Notes: generated by a model from the letters alone, not told the origin. Numbered from the stretch's first letter, positions 37,545 through 47,442 are shown. The stretch: 64,000 nucleotides of DNA from Candidatus Sungiibacteriota bacterium (GCA_016186145.1 JACPMF010000004.1:345-64344), one strand, 5' to 3'. Made by a program: numbers and translations.

Positions 37545-38420
37545 CTAATTCTTGAGCCTCGAATTCAGGACTTCTTTAAGGGTAATCCCATCTTTGCTTT
37601 TCCATTCCAGTGGGCCAGAAGCAGATCTTCCTAATATGACACCACATGCTGCACTTGAGCTATCAAATACATAATCGTCAGTAAAGACAAGGGTGGTACC
37701 CTGGACACTTAATCGTTGCATTGCCACAAGTTCATCCTTGAGTTTTTTATACGGATGAGTCTGAAAAGACGGCGTTTCTTCTAATGAGGCCGTAGAAGAT
37801 TTCAAAACTTTCATTTTTCCGTCTTCTAAGAGATGGCCCGTAGCTATGATATTGGATCCTTTTTTGCAGATAAAAACCAAAGGGGTAACAGGTGTTTTCC
37901 CAGAAGTAAATTCACTTTGCACAAATATATCGTATCCGAGCAGAGGCATAATTGTTGCTAGGTTTTCATAAAACACCTCTAATCCACTTACATCTTCTTT
38001 TGGGATCGTAGGCACGCCAGGATTGTTAGCATTTTTTAGGTTACACTTCCCGATTTTCTTGAGACGTTCAATACAAACACTTTCGAGGTATTGAATTCCT
38101 GTTTTTGTTAATGATCCATCTTGACTTACAAAAACAACAACATCCTGCCACCAATCTTTTTTATAATCGTGATCTCTAATTCTTTCCTTGAAACCATCAG
38201 CTTCACCAACGTACACATTGAGCAATCCACCTTCATCAGAGCTACCAATGAGAAAGTAAACGCAAGCTCCACTTTCTATTTCAGGCAACGTAATGATTTC
38301 ATTTAAAGCGTTACGAGGGCCACAAATGGCTTTGCCACTCCACTGATCAATCCTCACTTCCCTTACTCCCTTCGGAAGTCCTGCTGCCAAAAAAATTGTG
38401 ATCTTCTTACCTTGATTCAT
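37545..38420 (-). CDS. GIY-YIG nuclease + DUF4357 (RAMA-like) domain protein
   Basis: CVYFLIG...VYVGEA...RI.DH...KDWW...YLE; C-terminal DYVFDSSSAACGVILGRSASGPLEWK. Confidence 0.85.
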   Translation of the reverse strand: MNQGKKITIFLAAGLPKGVREVRIDQWSGKAICGPRNALNEIITLPEIESGACVYFLIGSSDEGGLLNVYVGEADGFKERIRDHDYKKDWWQDVVVFVSQDGSLTKTGIQYLESVCIERLKKIGKCNLKNANNPGVPTIPKEDVSGLEVFYENLATIMPLLGYDIFVQSEFTSGKTPVTPLVFICKKGSNIIATGHLLEDGKMKVLKSSTASLEETPSFQTHPYKKLKDELVAMQRLSVQGTTLVFTDDYVFDSSSAACGVILGRSASGPLEWKSKDGITLKEVLNSRLKN

Positions 38421-39603
38421 AAGTTTTTTTCGGTTTTAGAAGCAGCACTAGTTCTTCCGACTTTACTCTAGATTTCTTCTCGCGGTTATGTTTATTAAAC
38501 TTATTATTGCCACCTAAGGTACTGAATCTGCCAATCACATGCTTGTGAATGCGGCTTTTATTTTTATCCAGATTAAAATATTTTTTAGCCAATTCAATAA
38601 CCTTATCTCCAGACAATCCATTGCTAGATTTTCCTTTAGGAAAGGTAAAAATAACTTTAACCTTCTTTCTCGACAGGCCGGATAAGAGTTGCTCTAAAGC
38701 TTTATATGATTGTCCCGCATTACTAAATTCTGATTGTGGACGCTCAGATATATCCGGATAACGTCCAATACCGGTAACTTCTCCGCAGTAACCACGTGCA
38801 ATTGTTTCAAGTACATGATAAAAACGACTATATTGGACACCGGAATAGGGCGGATCAAGAAGAACCAAATCTCCTCTTTTTAATTTAGGTATTAATTTTT
38901 TAGCGTCTGAAACCATCGCCCTACCTTTTACTTTCGCGTGTAGAGGGACGAGTTCTTTTAACGCGCTATCGCAGGATTTAAAAATATCAGTGCGCCATGC
39001 AATTTCAATAAATTTTCCGGCCCCGGCAGTTGGCTGAAAAGGTTGGGCGGTATGTCCAGGAGCAGCAGCAGCCCTAGAAGCAGCAATTATGGTTGCTGCT
39101 AAGCAAATATCTCTGTATTTAGTTTGCTTAGGTAATGTATTTAAAAGATAGTCGATGGTAATGGCTTGTTTCGGACTAAAATAATGGCCTCCGTAAGCAC
39201 GCCAAACGGGACCAATCTTAGAGGGAGTTTTGCAAAGTTTCCTTGCCGCATTAACTCTCAACTTTATTTTTCCGGAATACTTTTGATCTACTCCATTGGC
39301 TTTATTTAGAAGCTTCGAAGTATTTAGTTTCTTTTTTGCTTTCTCTATCCAAGCTCTCTTTAAATATTCCGCATCGAATACCTTAGTGCGTCCAATTACG
39401 GCTCTTGCGAGAACAACAGCGTATTTTTGCAGATCACCTGCAATAATTTCGCCTTTAAAATTCAGATTTTTAGCAACAAAATTTATTACTCCTCCGGAAC
39501 CGCAAAATGGGTCAATGAATCTATTGGCATACGGAAGCTGCTCACGGAGTAAGTCTCCGAGACCATTGCTCAACATAAACCTTTTTGAACCCATGTATTT
39601 CAT
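38407..39603 (-). CDS. N6-adenine DNA methyltransferase (D12/alpha class)
   Basis: MKYMGSK, DPFCGSG, LLDPPY...YSRFYHVLET; ATG overlaps upstream TGA. Confidence 0.88.
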   Translation of the reverse strand: MKYMGSKRFMLSNGLGDLLREQLPYANRFIDPFCGSGGVINFVAKNLNFKGEIIAGDLQKYAVVLARAVIGRTKVFDAEYLKRAWIEKAKKKLNTSKLLNKANGVDQKYSGKIKLRVNAARKLCKTPSKIGPVWRAYGGHYFSPKQAITIDYLLNTLPKQTKYRDICLAATIIAASRAAAAPGHTAQPFQPTAGAGKFIEIAWRTDIFKSCDSALKELVPLHAKVKGRAMVSDAKKLIPKLKRGDLVLLDPPYSGVQYSRFYHVLETIARGYCGEVTGIGRYPDISERPQSEFSNAGQSYKALEQLLSGLSRKKVKVIFTFPKGKSSNGLSGDKVIELAKKYFNLDKNKSRIHKHVIGRFSTLGGNNKFNKHNREKKSRVKSEELVLLLKPKKTYESR

Positions 39604-40940
39604 AGGCAAAGTTGCGAAAGAGCTATTCTTTCGCATCCCGATAGCGCCAACAGCTCTGTTGCGAAATTTGAACGCCATTGGTAGTGATTGTTTACAGAAG
39701 AAGAACTACTGCTCATACTTGCCAGCGCTTCTTCCACTTCAATCCACATATCAGAGATGGGATTTACTTGCCCGGGCTCCCATAGTCCATAATTTTCTCC
39801 TAATGTTTCCCACCAAAATTTTATGTCGTTTCTTGAGATACGAGCGTTTTCAATCATAGTCATCCCTGCTCCTGTTGCTAACCTTAAAAGTAGAGTCGCC
39901 CTGCTCAACATCTGAATATGATAATCAGGATCAGTCGTTTTCCCCTTTTTACTTGCTTCGACAATCAACATAGGATCTCTTTGCTGTGTTTTTCGACTAA
40001 AAATCTGAGTTAGGGTGGTTAGTTCAGGATCACTTATGCCAAGATCTGTAAGTATTTTTCTAATCTGAGATTGCGAGAGTTGCCCGTTATTATATTTTTC
40101 CCAGCTCAATCTTAATAAAAAGGTATCTGCGACAAAACCACCAGTTCCATTCATGCTACACATGCGCCATATATTTTCTACTATCCCCAAAGAATTCCTG
40201 ATCTGAATAGAATTCCTAAAACTAAGGTCGTTCAAAATACCGCTTGGTCTATAGCTTGCGTGTTCACGTGCAGATTGATCTATTCCCAATGTTGTTATGT
40301 CGTACCCCCAATGTTTAAGCCAATCTTTTGCTAAATAATTGAGTGGCGCTGTTGAGATCTCAGAAAACCAAGTTTCTAAAGTTATACTATTAGGCCGAAT
40401 AATTTTTTGAAATAGTCTTCCAGAATCAGGGCGACCGAGCCAATCAATAAATTGCTTTCTTACTAGTGCGTGGGTTTTTTCTGAAATCGGCCCGTAAATA
40501 TCTGAAGACTTTCCATTAGCACCCACTATTGAAAAATGTTTTGCACTGAAAACACCTATGCCATCACTTGCAAGTAAAGACATCACAGCTCTCAGTTGGG
40601 CATAATATGCAAAATGCTTACAAGCCTGGATGTCGCCAACGGCATGACTAATTATAGCTTTACCCAAGAAACTCCAACCATCCACGCAGTGTAAGGGAAC
40701 TGAAGCGGCTATGTACTCTGCTAATTGAGTTTTTTTAGGTCCCGTTATTCGGTGAGGTGCTCTTCTGGGACAATCCTTTTCTATTTTTTCCGTACAGTTT
40801 TTTGCATATCTATTTTGAACACCAAGCCAGCCACCCCTTACAAAGTGTCTTTTAAGACGATTAAAGGTTTCTTGGGTAGCTATCCGAGAATAATGTCTAG
40901 TTGAAAATTTATCTGGCATTCTTGGCATCTTCTTTAGCAA
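39600..40940 (-). CDS. hypothetical protein with HEPN-like motifs
   Basis: FAYYAQLRAVMSLL...KTHALVRKQF...AREHASY resemble UPF0332-type HEPN signatures; start likely ATG 40928 or 40919. Confidence 0.55.
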   Translation of the reverse strand: MLKKMPRMPDKFSTRHYSRIATQETFNRLKRHFVRGGWLGVQNRYAKNCTEKIEKDCPRRAPHRITGPKKTQLAEYIAASVPLHCVDGWSFLGKAIISHAVGDIQACKHFAYYAQLRAVMSLLASDGIGVFSAKHFSIVGANGKSSDIYGPISEKTHALVRKQFIDWLGRPDSGRLFQKIIRPNSITLETWFSEISTAPLNYLAKDWLKHWGYDITTLGIDQSAREHASYRPSGILNDLSFRNSIQIRNSLGIVENIWRMCSMNGTGGFVADTFLLRLSWEKYNNGQLSQSQIRKILTDLGISDPELTTLTQIFSRKTQQRDPMLIVEASKKGKTTDPDYHIQMLSRATLLLRLATGAGMTMIENARISRNDIKFWWETLGENYGLWEPGQVNPISDMWIEVEEALASMSSSSSSVNNHYQWRSNFATELLALSGCERIALSQLCL

Positions 40941-42444
40941 ATCCTAAAATCTTATATGTTTCTCTGGCAAGACTGCCAAAATCTTTACTAATAAAAAGGT
41001 GTTTTAACAGTTGACGCCTAAATTGTTTATAACCACTACCTCCTCGATAGGAAAGTTTAAGAACAAGATCATCTTCGCTTAATCCTTTCGCCGCTGAAGA
41101 TCTCCAATCAAATTTAGACAATTCTTTGGCAAGTTTAAATACAAAATCAGCAAGTATTTTTTTCTTCTTTAAATCTTTAAGTTCCGATGCTGAGCTCGAC
41201 TCCGCGTTCGGATTCCACTCTTGTAATCTCAACTTTTCTCGATTGATAAATAGTAGATCATTTGTAACATTTAAAACCACAGAAATTCCTTGGTCATTGT
41301 TAAGCATTGTGTAAGGACCAACAAACGCAGGATCTCCGCTGACTGCCTTTTTATATTCTTGTTTCTTGGCATCGCGCAACTCAAGAGCCCACTTTGCCTT
41401 AGATTTTCTAACAGCGTCCCTTAATTCGTTCCAGAGATAAATAAGCAGGGCCGCTTGTTGGCTTTTATTCCAAGGAATTGCAATTTTATCCTGACCAACC
41501 GGTGCTCCAAATAGTCCGCCGATAGATATGCCTCTACCCTCAAATGACTTAACGTATGTTTTTAATAAAGCTCTTACCCAAGCTGCTTGAGTAACAGAGG
41601 GACCACCACTTTCCCCAAGCATGTTGATTCTATCGTACCAAGCACTATCCTTTTCTGACCATAGTATCTCAACTAGCTCTTGTGCTCGAGTTTCTCGGTA
41701 AACCTTATGGCCTTCAAATCTCTCAAGCCAATCTTCTGTCCGAAGTAAGGGGTACAGATCAAAAGCAAGGCTTGGGTTAATTCTTTTGGGCTTAATATTG
41801 ATTGTCCAAAAAAGATACGCTTGCCAACTTATATCAAGACCGTAAAATGCAACAACTGGAAGTTCATAATCTTCAGCAATACTTTTATCCTCAAACGCTA
41901 ACAGTCGGTGTTGCCCATCAATAATCTCAATGGGAAGTCTCTGTTTGGCCTGCCAGGTATTTGAATTATTAAAAGAAGCTGGCAACTGAACCTCGGCTAT
42001 GTTTCCTGCTAAATCCCTTACAGTCACTAGATCGTTCGGATCAACCCTTTCTCCATCACGCGTATCTTTGGCAGCTAAAATATTTACAACGATAGCTGTA
42101 GGTAACCAGCCTGGCTTTTGTAAATCATCAAACCTTTTCTCCTTACGTTGGGAATCAGTCAAATCTGACCAGGGATATCCGTATTTTATGTATTTCGCAA
42201 TTTTTTCTGATCGTGACGGTTCGTGAGCTCGTTGTAAACCGGTCCGCGACGCTAGACTCCTGCGATAGACACCTGAGAGTACCTGAAGTTGACGGGCGGA
42301 AAGTGAAAAAACGTAAAAATGATTTTGAGGCTCTCTACGATGCTCATTATTACTCCACTGAACAGAATCCCAGCCTTTAAGCCATTGGTTCACTTTTAAG
42401 GCCTGTATCTTATTTGGTTTGCGAGGCTGGGACTTCTTTTTCAT
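40909..42444 (-). CDS. DGQHR domain protein (DndB/ParB-like)
   Basis: LQR.....R...I..Y, PTAIVVN, IIDGQHRL, FWTINIKPKRINPSL. Confidence 0.9.
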   Translation of the reverse strand: MKKKSQPRKPNKIQALKVNQWLKGWDSVQWSNNEHRREPQNHFYVFSLSARQLQVLSGVYRRSLASRTGLQRAHEPSRSEKIAKYIKYGYPWSDLTDSQRKEKRFDDLQKPGWLPTAIVVNILAAKDTRDGERVDPNDLVTVRDLAGNIAEVQLPASFNNSNTWQAKQRLPIEIIDGQHRLLAFEDKSIAEDYELPVVAFYGLDISWQAYLFWTINIKPKRINPSLAFDLYPLLRTEDWLERFEGHKVYRETRAQELVEILWSEKDSAWYDRINMLGESGGPSVTQAAWVRALLKTYVKSFEGRGISIGGLFGAPVGQDKIAIPWNKSQQAALLIYLWNELRDAVRKSKAKWALELRDAKKQEYKKAVSGDPAFVGPYTMLNNDQGISVVLNVTNDLLFINREKLRLQEWNPNAESSSASELKDLKKKKILADFVFKLAKELSKFDWRSSAAKGLSEDDLVLKLSYRGGSGYKQFRRQLLKHLFISKDFGSLARETYKILGFAKEDAKNAR

Positions 42445-42515
42445 ATAATTTATTTAGATTTTCTACATCTATATAATAGCAAGTTGAGATCTGCTAAGCA
42501 TGTTTCTTTATAATA

Positions 42516-42731
42516 TTAAAATTTGGCAAAAAAGTTTCCGATTTTTAAATTTAAAGCCTTCGCAATTTTTTCTATATTTTCCAATGTTATATTTTTCTCG
42601 GCTCTCTCAATCATGCCGATGTAAGTCCTATGAACGCCAGCGCGGGTGGCTAGTTTTTCTTGAGATAATCCTAATTTAGTTCGCTCCTCACGAACTCTTT
42701 TGCCAAATTTGATTAAGATTTCTCGTTTCAT
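42516..42731 (-). CDS. XRE HTH regulator resembling R-M controller (C) proteins
   Basis: FGKRVREER...SQEKLA..AGVHRTYIGMIER.EKNITLENIEKIAKAL. Confidence 0.9.
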   Translation of the reverse strand: MKREILIKFGKRVREERTKLGLSQEKLATRAGVHRTYIGMIERAEKNITLENIEKIAKALNLKIGNFFAKF

Positions 42732-42738
42732 AGTTGAT

Positions 42739-42785
42739 AACTATAGTATATGCACTTGCTAACTTTGGTGCTACATACTATAGTT
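42739..42785 (-). promoter_or_regulatory. putative operator (C-box-like inverted pair)
   Basis: AACTATAGTAT (42739-42749) and ATACTATAGTT (42775-42785) just upstream of the XRE start. Confidence 0.55.
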
Positions 42786-42791
42786 AGCATA

Positions 42792-43013
42792 GTTTGAGGG
42801 GAGGAATTTCGGCGACCAAGCGAGCCGACCAGCAGGGCGGCGAGCCAGTCCTCCGGAGGAGGACTTTGTGGAAAACAGTAGAAGTGTGGAATGGGGGCGT
42901 AGCGTAGTGAAGTCGGACTTTGATTTTAGAGGTAGAAACGCAAGGTAGTCATTCCGAGGTAGGGTGAATGACTACCCGAATGACTAGGTAAATCAATCGG
43001 GATTTTGCTCAAA
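42792..43013. repeat. right long inverted repeat of DGQHR cassette
   Basis: Reverse complement of 37309-37521 in three exact blocks (72, 26, 81 bp). Confidence 0.9.
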
Positions 43014-43098
43014 CGGCGTCCGAACAGTCTCATAAAGACACCACAATTCAAAACTTTTCGACTTGTCCCCGGTGAAAAAGGCGAAAAGTTTTGAATTG

Positions 43099-43170
43099 TG
43101 GACCGGATGGGATTCGAACCCACGGTCTCCTCAATGCCATTGAGGCGCTTTACCACTAAGCTACCGGCCC
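43099..43170 (-). tRNA. tRNA-Ala(GGC)
   Basis: GGGCCGG/CCGGTCC acceptor with G3-U70, CCTCA-ATGGCAT-TGAGG. Confidence 0.95.
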
Positions 43171-43234
43171 TAGAATAATTTCGCAGAAATTATTCGGGCG
43201 ATCCCGCCATTGGCGGGATTTAGCCCAAAAATTC

Positions 43235-43759
43235 TTATTTTCTCAATTTCTTAACAACTTTATTTATCTGCGGCAGGAGCGATCGCGCATTGTTGATAAC
43301 AAAACCCGGTTTTAATTGCAATTTCTTTTTCTTGCGATGCAGGGCTCTTCGTAGATAGTGAACACGAATGGCCTCTTCGGCGCTCTGAAAAAGGTCCTTT
43401 CGTGAATACCGATGTTCCCTCAATCTTTTCAAGATTAACCTTTCCGGAGTCAGCACCCTGATAAACAAAGTCCCCGCACCGAATTGTTTTGCAAAACGAA
43501 CAAGCTCTTTTTGCCTTTGCGGCCGGACCGCGTCGAAATCAAGCACAACGGATTTTCCGGAGCAAAAAGCTTTTTGCGCCATCTGTTTTGCAATCAGCGG
43601 CGCCCGTGAATACGGCTTTCCTTTTTTGCGAAGGAGTACGCGGATATCGTCGGTTCTTATATGAACGGCTCCAATTCTTCGGGCAACAATTCGCGCAACA
43701 TGCGTCTTGCCTGACCCTACCGGCCCGATAAACGCAATAAGAAAGAGTCTCATTGTCAC
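43235..43759 (-). CDS. AAA_33-like P-loop nucleotide kinase
   Basis: GPVGSGKT, HIRTDDIR, SVVLD, ILKRL. Confidence 0.82.
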   Translation of the reverse strand: MTMRLFLIAFIGPVGSGKTHVARIVARRIGAVHIRTDDIRVLLRKKGKPYSRAPLIAKQMAQKAFCSGKSVVLDFDAVRPQRQKELVRFAKQFGAGTLFIRVLTPERLILKRLREHRYSRKDLFQSAEEAIRVHYLRRALHRKKKKLQLKPGFVINNARSLLPQINKVVKKLRK

Positions 43760-44103
43760 TCCTTGCTATCTGCTAATACGCCCCCAACCTCCTGCAGGCG
43801 TCCAATGAAATCGTCTCGCTCTCCTTCGGAAAAATTTTCTCCGTCTCGCTGTAGTTTTAGCCGGTTGACGTCTTCGCGAAGCTGCTTCAGTAAATCAAGG
43901 GCCTGAAAGTACCGTTCTCTCCCCAACTCGCGCTCTAGACGCGGATCATAAACACCCGCCTCCACGCGGAAGAGAACGCCGTCAAACGCATTAAGCCAAC
44001 CGGCTTTTTCTCCAGCATCTTTTTCGGCGATTTCACGGACTGCGCTTATTATCTCTCTGATTTCAGAAAGACGGCTTGTTTCTTGTAAAAATTCTTTGCT
44101 CAT
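43756..44103 (-). CDS. hypothetical protein
   Basis: 115-aa ORF overlapping next gene start. Confidence 0.6.
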   Translation of the reverse strand: MSKEFLQETSRLSEIREIISAVREIAEKDAGEKAGWLNAFDGVLFRVEAGVYDPRLERELGRERYFQALDLLKQLREDVNRLKLQRDGENFSEGERDDFIGRLQEVGGVLADSKE

Positions 44104-44185
44104 ATATTTTTACCAGCACGCTGCAGTAAGACTGAATCATTAAAGCCAACTTATAATAGTTTTAAAAACGAGAACCCGCCACTTG

Positions 44186-44464
44186 CTACTGCAATTTTAC
44201 ATCAGGCCGTTTTAATGCAACCTCTTCACGCAACACTTCACTCGCTTGCATATTAAAACCGAACGAATCTAATTTGGTTTGAATTTCTTTTTGAGTACCC
44301 TGCTCAACAAGAAACTTTCTCATAGCGTCGCGCTCCTCTGTTGTAATACTTCCCTCATTTCCTTTTAGGTAACTTTCCCATTTATCTTTTGCGGCCTCGC
44401 GAAACCAACGGCCGAAACTTTCGTCGTTTTCTTCATATGGCAACTTTTTTACTCCTTCTTCCAT
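44186..44464 (-). CDS. hypothetical protein
   Basis: 92-aa charged ORF downstream of tRNA-Arg. Confidence 0.55.
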   Translation of the reverse strand: MEEGVKKLPYEENDESFGRWFREAAKDKWESYLKGNEGSITTEERDAMRKFLVEQGTQKEIQTKLDSFGFNMQASEVLREEVALKRPDVKLQ

Positions 44465-44481
44465 GAGCCGTAATTATCTGA

Positions 44482-44553
44482 CGCCCTCGAAGGGAATCGG
44501 ACCCCCATCTGCCCCTTAGGACGGGGCCGTTCTATCCATTGAACTACGAGGGC
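44482..44553 (-). tRNA. tRNA-Arg(CCT)
   Basis: GCCCTCG/CGAGGGC acceptor, GCCCC-GTCCTAA-GGGGC, T loop TCCGATT. Confidence 0.92.
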
Positions 44554-44679
44554 AATGAATGGTTATTATCATAATAATATAGCGCATTGTTTCCCTTTTT
44601 TCCACACTTTCGGTATAATATAATTCGTTACCGAAATTTCCTAAATAAACTAAAAACTATAAACTAATATCTATTTTTT

Positions 44680-45729
44680 ATGACCCACGAAGAACAAGTC
44701 ATCCGAACGGTTCAAAAAGCAATGCCGGCGGTAGTAAGCGTTGTGGTCGCCAAAGATCTCTCATCGCTTGAAGCGCAGGGATTTCCTTTTTTCGGCATGC
44801 CCGAAGAGCTTTTTGAAGAATCGGAAGACGAAATCATCGACCGCCTCCCCAAAACCGATGACGGCAAGATACGCATCGGCGGGGGCTCGGGGTTTGTTGT
44901 TGATTCATCGGGAATTGTCCTGACGAACAAACACGTGGTTACCGACAAAGATGCCGAATATACGGTCGTAACCCAGGACGAAAAAAAGTACAGCGCCCGC
45001 GTTGTGGCGCGCGACCCGATCAACGATGTCGCTATTTTAAAAGTTGAAGCAAAAGATATGCCGATACTGGAGCTTGGCGATTCAAACAACATAATACTTG
45101 GGCAAACGGTAATCGCGGTCGGCAACGCTCTGGGAGAATTCAAAAACACGGTATCAACAGGAATTGTTTCGGGGCTTTCCCGGCTCATCAGCGCCGTCAC
45201 CGATATGAAAGGAAACGTCGAACGCCTCCGAGGACTGATCCAAACAGACGCGGCAATCAACCCCGGAAACTCCGGCGGCCCGCTCGTGAACTTGAGAGGC
45301 GAAGTAATCGGCATTAACTCGGCCGTCGTCTTTGGCGCGCAAAATATCGGATTCGCAATCCCGATAAACAAAGCAAAAGAGGATTTGGAAGACGTGAAAA
45401 AATACGGCCACATCAGGAAACCGTTTTTGGGCGTCCGATATCTCATGCTCAATAAAGCGATCCAGCGGAAACTCAATCTAATCACCGATCACGGCTGTCT
45501 GGTGCTTCGCGAAAAACATGGCCATGGCATTGTAAAGGGAAGTGCCGCTGATCTTGCCGGCATCCGCGAGGGCGACGTGATCATTGAAGCGGCCGGCACG
45601 AAACTTGACGAAAAAACAACGCTGGAAGACATCCTCGATAAAATGAAAATCGGCGACGCCCTCCAAATGAAAATATGGCGAGCGGGAAAAGAATTTGAAG
45701 CAGAAGTTAAACTTGGAGAACGATCTTGA
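44680..45729 (+). CDS. HtrA/DegP-like serine protease with one PDZ domain
   Basis: GSGF, LTNKHVV, DVAILK, IQTDAAINPGNSGGPL. Confidence 0.95.
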   Translation: MTHEEQVIRTVQKAMPAVVSVVVAKDLSSLEAQGFPFFGMPEELFEESEDEIIDRLPKTDDGKIRIGGGSGFVVDSSGIVLTNKHVVTDKDAEYTVVTQDEKKYSARVVARDPINDVAILKVEAKDMPILELGDSNNIILGQTVIAVGNALGEFKNTVSTGIVSGLSRLISAVTDMKGNVERLRGLIQTDAAINPGNSGGPLVNLRGEVIGINSAVVFGAQNIGFAIPINKAKEDLEDVKKYGHIRKPFLGVRYLMLNKAIQRKLNLITDHGCLVLREKHGHGIVKGSAADLAGIREGDVIIEAAGTKLDEKTTLEDILDKMKIGDALQMKIWRAGKEFEAEVKLGERS

Positions 45730-45730
45730 T

Positions 45731-45862
45731 AAATTAACCTAATTATTCTAATTGACCTAATCAAATCCTAATGCTCAAATATCTAATGTCTAAAACTTTT
45801 GGTATTTAGTCATTGGGTATTGGGAATTTTTTAGAGTAATTAGAGCAATTAGAATAATTAGA
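45731..45862. repeat. inverted 8-9-mer tandem repeat hairpin
   Basis: CTAATT/CTAAT repeats followed by ATTAG/AATTAGA repeats between convergent genes. Confidence 0.65.
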
Positions 45863-45867
45863 CTTTT

Positions 45868-47442
45868 TTAGCGGCTTTCCGGCTTCTGGTGGCGATACTT
45901 CGGCGTTACCCAAAAACCGAGGCGCCATCCGAACATAAGCCGTGTTTGCGCCTCAAGGCCGGGAAGAGAGCCAAAGAGAACTATCGTGAAAGGCAATAAT
46001 ACCCACTGCAAAACCATCCAAAGCCGCGTCCGGATGGGTTTCGACACCGGCCTCTTGGGAAGAAGCGAAACGGAAATAATGGCTGAGGTAACAAGCCCGA
46101 ACATCGCAAGCGTCATAATGCTTCTCGTGATCCGCGGCAGGTTATGAGAAAGCACCGTTGTCCCGAAACGCGTTCCTCCCAAAATCACCGGCAGCCAGCC
46201 GAGAAAGAACAGAATAAACGCATTCGTCGCCCACGCCCAAAATCCTTCAAGCTGATTGAACGCGAAATAAATTTTTTTCTGAAGCGGAATTTTTTTGTTT
46301 TTCCAAAACCCGAAAAGCGTGTAGGGCACATTCTCAACCCCCCACCCCCACCGCCGCTGCTGAATGTATACGTTCTTCGCGGTTTCGCGAAGAGTCGGCC
46401 CGACATTCGCATCCATGGAAACCGGATAGAAAAGCGGAACCGTGCGCCAATCGCCGTCGTAAAAAAGAAAAGCCTGCCAAAAAATCCGGGAATCTTCGGA
46501 AACGATATTCGTCTGCCAATATCCGATCTCAACAAGCGCTTTCATCGGCATGGAGTGAGAAGAAAAAGTAGTAAGCCGTTCTGGCCGGGACTGCTGCATC
46601 GTCTGCCAAAATGTTCCGGAGACCGCAACGACCCGGGAGAAAGCCGGCGAATCCCAAATGTTATTATTATAAACCGGAATCGGTTGATACGAAGAACGAA
46701 GCGGTTTTGAGGACGTCAGGTATTCATGGGTCAGGACAGAAAAGTATCCGGGAGGAATCTGGGTATCGATATCCAAAGAAGAAACAAGGACATGCTCGAG
46801 CGGAACGCTTTCTTTGTCGAGAATTTCTTCCTTTGCCCGCCGGGCCGCCCATGTCTCATTCGAACCTTTTCCGGGCATTTCGCCCGGAAGATTTGCCGGA
46901 TGGACAACCGCAAGGATCCTCCCGAAAAAAGCAGAGTTCTCCTTTTCTATATTTTCTGCTACCACCCGCGCCTCATCCCCCGCCCGTTCTTCGGCCGCAA
47001 GAACAACCCAAAGATTCTCATGCGGATAGTCCGAATTCCGTATCGCCTCTACAGCCTCGCTCACAACCACATACGACTCTTTATAGAACGGCAAAATAAC
47101 GAGATGGCGTATATCGCGCCATGAGCGCACCCCGAGTTCTGAAGGATACTCGGTTATCCCGTCAAGCTTTTCCCGCCAATTTATTTTCATCCTGCGACGC
47201 ATCTCGCGATACCCGGCGCGCAGATGAATCGACAAAAATACGGTTTTAAAAAGCCAGTAAAGATCAAAAGCGATTATAAAAAAACTGGTAAACACCGGGA
47301 GAAGCCATGAAAAAACAAAAATCCCCGCGATGGTAAACCACGCGACCCCTCCGGGCAGAACCTCAAAAAAACGATACAACAACCGATCTCCCTGACTTTT
47401 TATATCCGCGGCCCCGACCGCCTTCAAATAAGAGTCGTCCAT
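45868..47442 (-). CDS. GT2 family membrane glycosyltransferase
   Basis: ILPFYKE, GKGSN, SLDID, VSEDS, QQRRWGWG. Confidence 0.9.
   Translation of the reverse strand: MDDSYLKAVGAADIKSQGDRLLYRFFEVLPGGVAWFTIAGIFVFSWLLPVFTSFFIIAFDLYWLFKTVFLSIHLRAGYREMRRRMKINWREKLDGITEYPSELGVRSWRDIRHLVILPFYKESYVVVSEAVEAIRNSDYPHENLWVVLAAEERAGDEARVVAENIEKENSAFFGRILAVVHPANLPGEMPGKGSNETWAARRAKEEILDKESVPLEHVLVSSLDIDTQIPPGYFSVLTHEYLTSSKPLRSSYQPIPVYNNNIWDSPAFSRVVAVSGTFWQTMQQSRPERLTTFSSHSMPMKALVEIGYWQTNIVSEDSRIFWQAFLFYDGDWRTVPLFYPVSMDANVGPTLRETAKNVYIQQRRWGWGVENVPYTLFGFWKNKKIPLQKKIYFAFNQLEGFWAWATNAFILFFLGWLPVILGGTRFGTTVLSHNLPRITRSIMTLAMFGLVTSAIISVSLLPKRPVSKPIRTRLWMVLQWVLLPFTIVLFGSLPGLEAQTRLMFGWRLGFWVTPKYRHQKPESR

Noticed and set aside
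40909-42444. Dnd phosphorothioation system
   Set aside because: No dndA/C/D/E or dpdA-like genes in the window; only the DGQHR domain is present.
44712-45485. 257-aa minus-strand ORF and similar antisense ORFs over topA, spoT, gyrA, prkA and spoVR
   Set aside because: Fully overlap confidently identified genes on the opposite strand and show no motifs.
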